Source: Chamaesiphon sp. (lineage in GTDB: Bacteria > Cyanobacteriota > Cyanobacteriia > Cyanobacteriales > Chamaesiphonaceae). Taken from it: DNA of 64,000 nt. Under the pieces are notes generated by a model that worked only from the letters and a program-made list of their open reading frames with translations, searched no databases and was not told the origin of the DNA. Both the position numbers and the translations under genes were made by a program. Positions 61,240-64,000 of this stretch are shown piece by piece (the stretch's first letter is position 1; every line of letters begins with the position of its first letter). Where the stretch lies: assembly GCA_965246715.1 (NCBI GenBank), contig CBDFFH010000020.1, positions 1-64,000 of the forward strand, given 5' to 3'.

Positions 61240-62101
61240 TTAGTTTGCCTGAGATTTAGCCACAATTGCCCGCGCAATCGCCAATCTTTTACCCCTACCC
61301 TCCAGCCACTGGGCATATTCGACAGCATGTGTCGATAGGAAATCTTCGATCCGCACGAGCGCATACATCTTCATCGGCGCGTAATAACGCCCGTGAGGAT
61401 TGTCAAGTAATAAATCCGGCTCACCAATCCGCGCCAGCCAACCATCAGAAATTAGGTAAATCGATTGTAAATTAGCTTTACTGATATATTTAGGCTGTAC
61501 GGGTTGAGTGTCCTCAGCGCGGTACAATAACCGCCAGCGACACTCGCCATCGGGATGGCTAGCGCGAAAATAAACGGCTGCTGGTTTGGCTCCATGCTTG
61601 AGTTCGAGCTTTTTACTCTCAATTTCCCACAGCGTTTTCAAACCTTGACGATGATTTTTATCCCAAGACACGATCGGATAAAAGTTTGGCTCGCACTCTT
61701 CAAACTCAGTACGCGCAAATAACAGATCGCAATTGGGATCGCCGAGCGGATCGCGACGTGCGGCAATCGGCTTGGTTGACTGCTTCAATTGAAGGTTAGA
61801 GCGCAATGCGGTGTCGATTGAGATTGCGTCCTGCCAGTTTATAACCTTCCTTTGGGTCTCTTGCATGGCGAGGAAACCTCGCCGCAAAGACTCCGCTACA
61901 AGCCCCTGGAACTACAGGTAATCCCAAACACTTAGCTCGTGGTTTTTTCAGCCACGAGCGATCGCAACATTGGCATTCCCAACCGCTTTCAGTTTTCACT
62001 AATTGATGCGCTCGATCTGGATCTTGCCAGGAGCTTTCGATTAGTTGGCGGGAGCGATTGTTGGTCGAGATTGTATCCTCACTCATCTGTGCCATCCGCA
62101 A
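61240..62101 (-). pseudogene. Hypothetical protein, probably one gene split near 61870
   Basis: Overlapping ORFs 61796..62101 (zinc-finger-like WECQCC) and 61240..61887. Confidence 0.45.
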
Positions 62102-62332
62102 TACTGTGACTTGCTATCCATATTTTATGCAACAATGGGGCGAAGAAATCTCGAAGAAAAGCGCGTCGTCTCACGACGAGCGCACAGGCTACGTGCTACT
62201 GGAGCGATTGTCATACCCATCCCGATTTGGTTGTTAGTCTATCCCTCTTAGTTCTAGCTAAGTAGGCTTAATGTTTTAGCTAGAACTATTGACAACGAGT
62301 GAAATTACTTTTAGTGCCGCTAGTCAAGAACC

Positions 62333-62554
62333 TCAGCGGGGAGCGAGAACATCTCCACTGTAGAATCGTTCGTCATTCGCTACTTTATACCACCACGTTC
62401 GATCGTCGAAATCATACCATCGAGCCACAATACTCGTCGCTTTCTCTCGCTCGTTCCAATGCAGATTGACAGATTCGTAAAGAACGAATTTTGGAGCGGG
62501 AATATTAACTGTTTCCCCCTCGGTTAAACTATTTTCATTTACACGATCTGTCAT
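62333..62554 (-). CDS. Small hypothetical protein
   Basis: PKF...V...IVARWYD...WWYKV SH3-like pattern. Confidence 0.55.
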   Translation of the reverse strand: MTDRVNENSLTEGETVNIPAPKFVLYESVNLHWNEREKATSIVARWYDFDDRTWWYKVANDERFYSGDVLAPR

Positions 62555-62581
62555 TTTTTAAGTTTAGTAAGTAATTAAAAG

Positions 62582-63232
62582 CTAGTGAATTGTAACTAAC
62601 AGCCCGTCAAGCGAATAAAAATCAACAGCAATATCTAGCCGCTCGTCTAACTGCCGCCATACCCTACATTCAGTATCCCCCAGCAGTAGCCCCAACCACA
62701 CATCTACCAAAGCTAAATCTGCCCGTTCCAGCAGCTTTGAGAGTGATATTTCCCCATCATGTTCAGCGATCGTATCCCGAATCCGTCGCGACCATCGATC
62801 GATATCTTCGCTATGAGCCACATCCATAGCCGCTTGTAGCTGCTGGCATAGCTCCAACGCAGTACTTTTACTCACAGCAGCAACAGTTGAAACCGCTTGC
62901 CGCCCTGGTGGATAGTAATTATCGCTTGTCTCCACCAAATCCCCTAGATCCCACTCCATCCGACCTAGCACCAGCTCGTCGAAAATCGCTCGCTCGTATT
63001 GTGGCTCGACTAATTCCCCCGCAAATAAAGATGGCTGGTGCTGCCACTCATCGAGTAGTTTAATTGCCCGATCGCGATAGCAACCCGCCCAAACGACCAA
63101 AGCATCGCCAGCGGGTTCTAAATCCAGCGAACCAATCCAATTGCTCAAATCGATTGTGTTGGCTGCGACAGGAGCTGCGACCACCCGATCCAGAAATGTC
63201 CAGATGGTGAGTTGTTCGGGTTCAATAGTCAC
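62582..63232 (-). CDS. Hypothetical protein
   Basis: 216 aa ORF overlapping its upstream neighbour. Confidence 0.6.
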   Translation of the reverse strand: MTIEPEQLTIWTFLDRVVAAPVAANTIDLSNWIGSLDLEPAGDALVVWAGCYRDRAIKLLDEWQHQPSLFAGELVEPQYERAIFDELVLGRMEWDLGDLVETSDNYYPPGRQAVSTVAAVSKSTALELCQQLQAAMDVAHSEDIDRWSRRIRDTIAEHDGEISLSKLLERADLALVDVWLGLLLGDTECRVWRQLDERLDIAVDFYSLDGLLVTIH

Positions 63233-63713
63233 GACAATCAGTTAACGGACAAAGAGTGCTGTCAAATTCCTTAATGACTCGAAATTTAGCAAGAGCAATA
63301 CCGTCGTGTTGGGCGGACAGTGCCAAGAGAATGTTGCGCCCCGTCTGCTTGAGTTGAGCCTCTGTCAGCCCCAGGCAATGAATCGCCTCAATTCGATCCG
63401 TTAGCACCGACCCATAGTAGAGCCGCGCCCCGATCGCATGGATGGTGTTATTCGACAGGTTTATCCACAGACACAATTCTGCCGCATAAACATTCGGGAC
63501 GATGGGTTGCGTCGGCTCGGTGGCGGAGCCTAGCCCCTGGCCAATCGCGGCATTTTGCCGCCGTTCCTTCCGCCGGATTGCGGTAGCCGCTTTAGTGCGA
63601 TGGTACGAACGCCTGTCGGGACAACGATTATCGTCCCAGCAGTTCTTCTGTCTTGCCTGAACTGCCGATAACTTAGAGCAAGCCGCGCAATTATGTGGCA
63701 GTTTCGTCGGCAT
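63222..63713 (-). CDS. Cys-rich hypothetical protein
   Basis: From MPTKLPHNCAAC...CWDDNRCPDRRSY; HCLGLT; CPLTDC. Confidence 0.6.
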   Translation of the reverse strand: MPTKLPHNCAACSKLSAVQARQKNCWDDNRCPDRRSYHRTKAATAIRRKERRQNAAIGQGLGSATEPTQPIVPNVYAAELCLWINLSNNTIHAIGARLYYGSVLTDRIEAIHCLGLTEAQLKQTGRNILLALSAQHDGIALAKFRVIKEFDSTLCPLTDCRDY

Positions 63714-64000
63714 CACCCTCACCCCGCCATTCAAACTCAATCCGTTTTTCTGCTTGGATAAATTTGATATCGAACAGATCGAAGACGACCTCTCGCCCCA
63801 ACAGCAGCGGCGTATCACCAATATCACTTAAAATCCAAGCTACAGGAGCCTTGAAAGTATGCCCAGCGATCGACATATCGACCATGCGATTTACATACTC
63901 AATATCTCCCCCCACCCCTTCTCCGATCTCGATCTTCTCGCCAAAAGAAACGGAGAAACCTAATTCTTCACCAAGAGTTTTACTAATCAAACCGATCTCT
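63691..64000 (-). CDS. Retropepsin-like aspartyl protease family protein, 5' end outside window
   Basis: IGEGVGG flap-like motif and PLLLGREVVF. Confidence 0.6.
   Translation of the reverse strand, partial: EIGLISKTLGEELGFSVSFGEKIEIGEGVGGDIEYVNRMVDMSIAGHTFKAPVAWILSDIGDTPLLLGREVVFDLFDIKFIQAEKRIEFEWRGEGDADETAT

Larger units (their letters stand above)
60196..62288. repeat. Three sites TAGTTCTAGCT-N18-AGCTAGAACTA
   Basis: 60196-60235, 60966-61005, 62249-62288; identical arms, identical spacer length. Confidence 0.9.

Noticed and set aside
1..64000. Very frequent CGATCG/GCGATCGC as a novel repeat
   Set aside because: This is the known cyanobacterial HIP1 motif and its core.

Overview
Cyanobacterial DNA (dense CGATCG/GCGATCGC HIP1-type sites, cyanobacterial repeat families) that looks like part of a large conjugative plasmid. 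Left to right: (i) frameshifted pilin/VirB3-like genes; (ii) a tnpB-only IS200/IS605-family element (1316-7998) whose left-end hairpin is split by a Tn554-like tyrosine-recombinase element (1348-6402; tnpA-tnpB-tnpC plus a DnaB helicase) and which also carries a MITE; (iii) a 4-copy palindrome array with a small ORF ending in the last copy; (iv) ISL3, two AraC paralogues and a NarL-type regulator/CHASE2 kinase pair; (v) a ~17 kb island of mostly secreted proteins (COP23, trypsin-like proteases, TPR, VMO-I, hydrolase-PPC, LRR, Cys-rich peptide) headed by three copies of one conserved ~125-145 bp upstream element; (vi) a probable conjugative leading region (ssb broken by a MITE, TOPRIM, DUF932-like broken by IS5, vWA, strawberry-notch methylase/helicase) with a repeated upstream motif; (vii) ParM-like operon, mobC-relaxase, parAB flanked by parS-like palindromes; (viii) hypothetical genes with three fixed-geometry inverted-repeat sites. 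The most notable items are the helicase-carrying Tn554-like element with a reconstructable att core inside an IS605 end, the palindrome array, and the three-copy upstream element of the secretome island. Several genes are split by single-base indels, which could be assembly errors. All family calls come from motif recognition by eye, not database searches.
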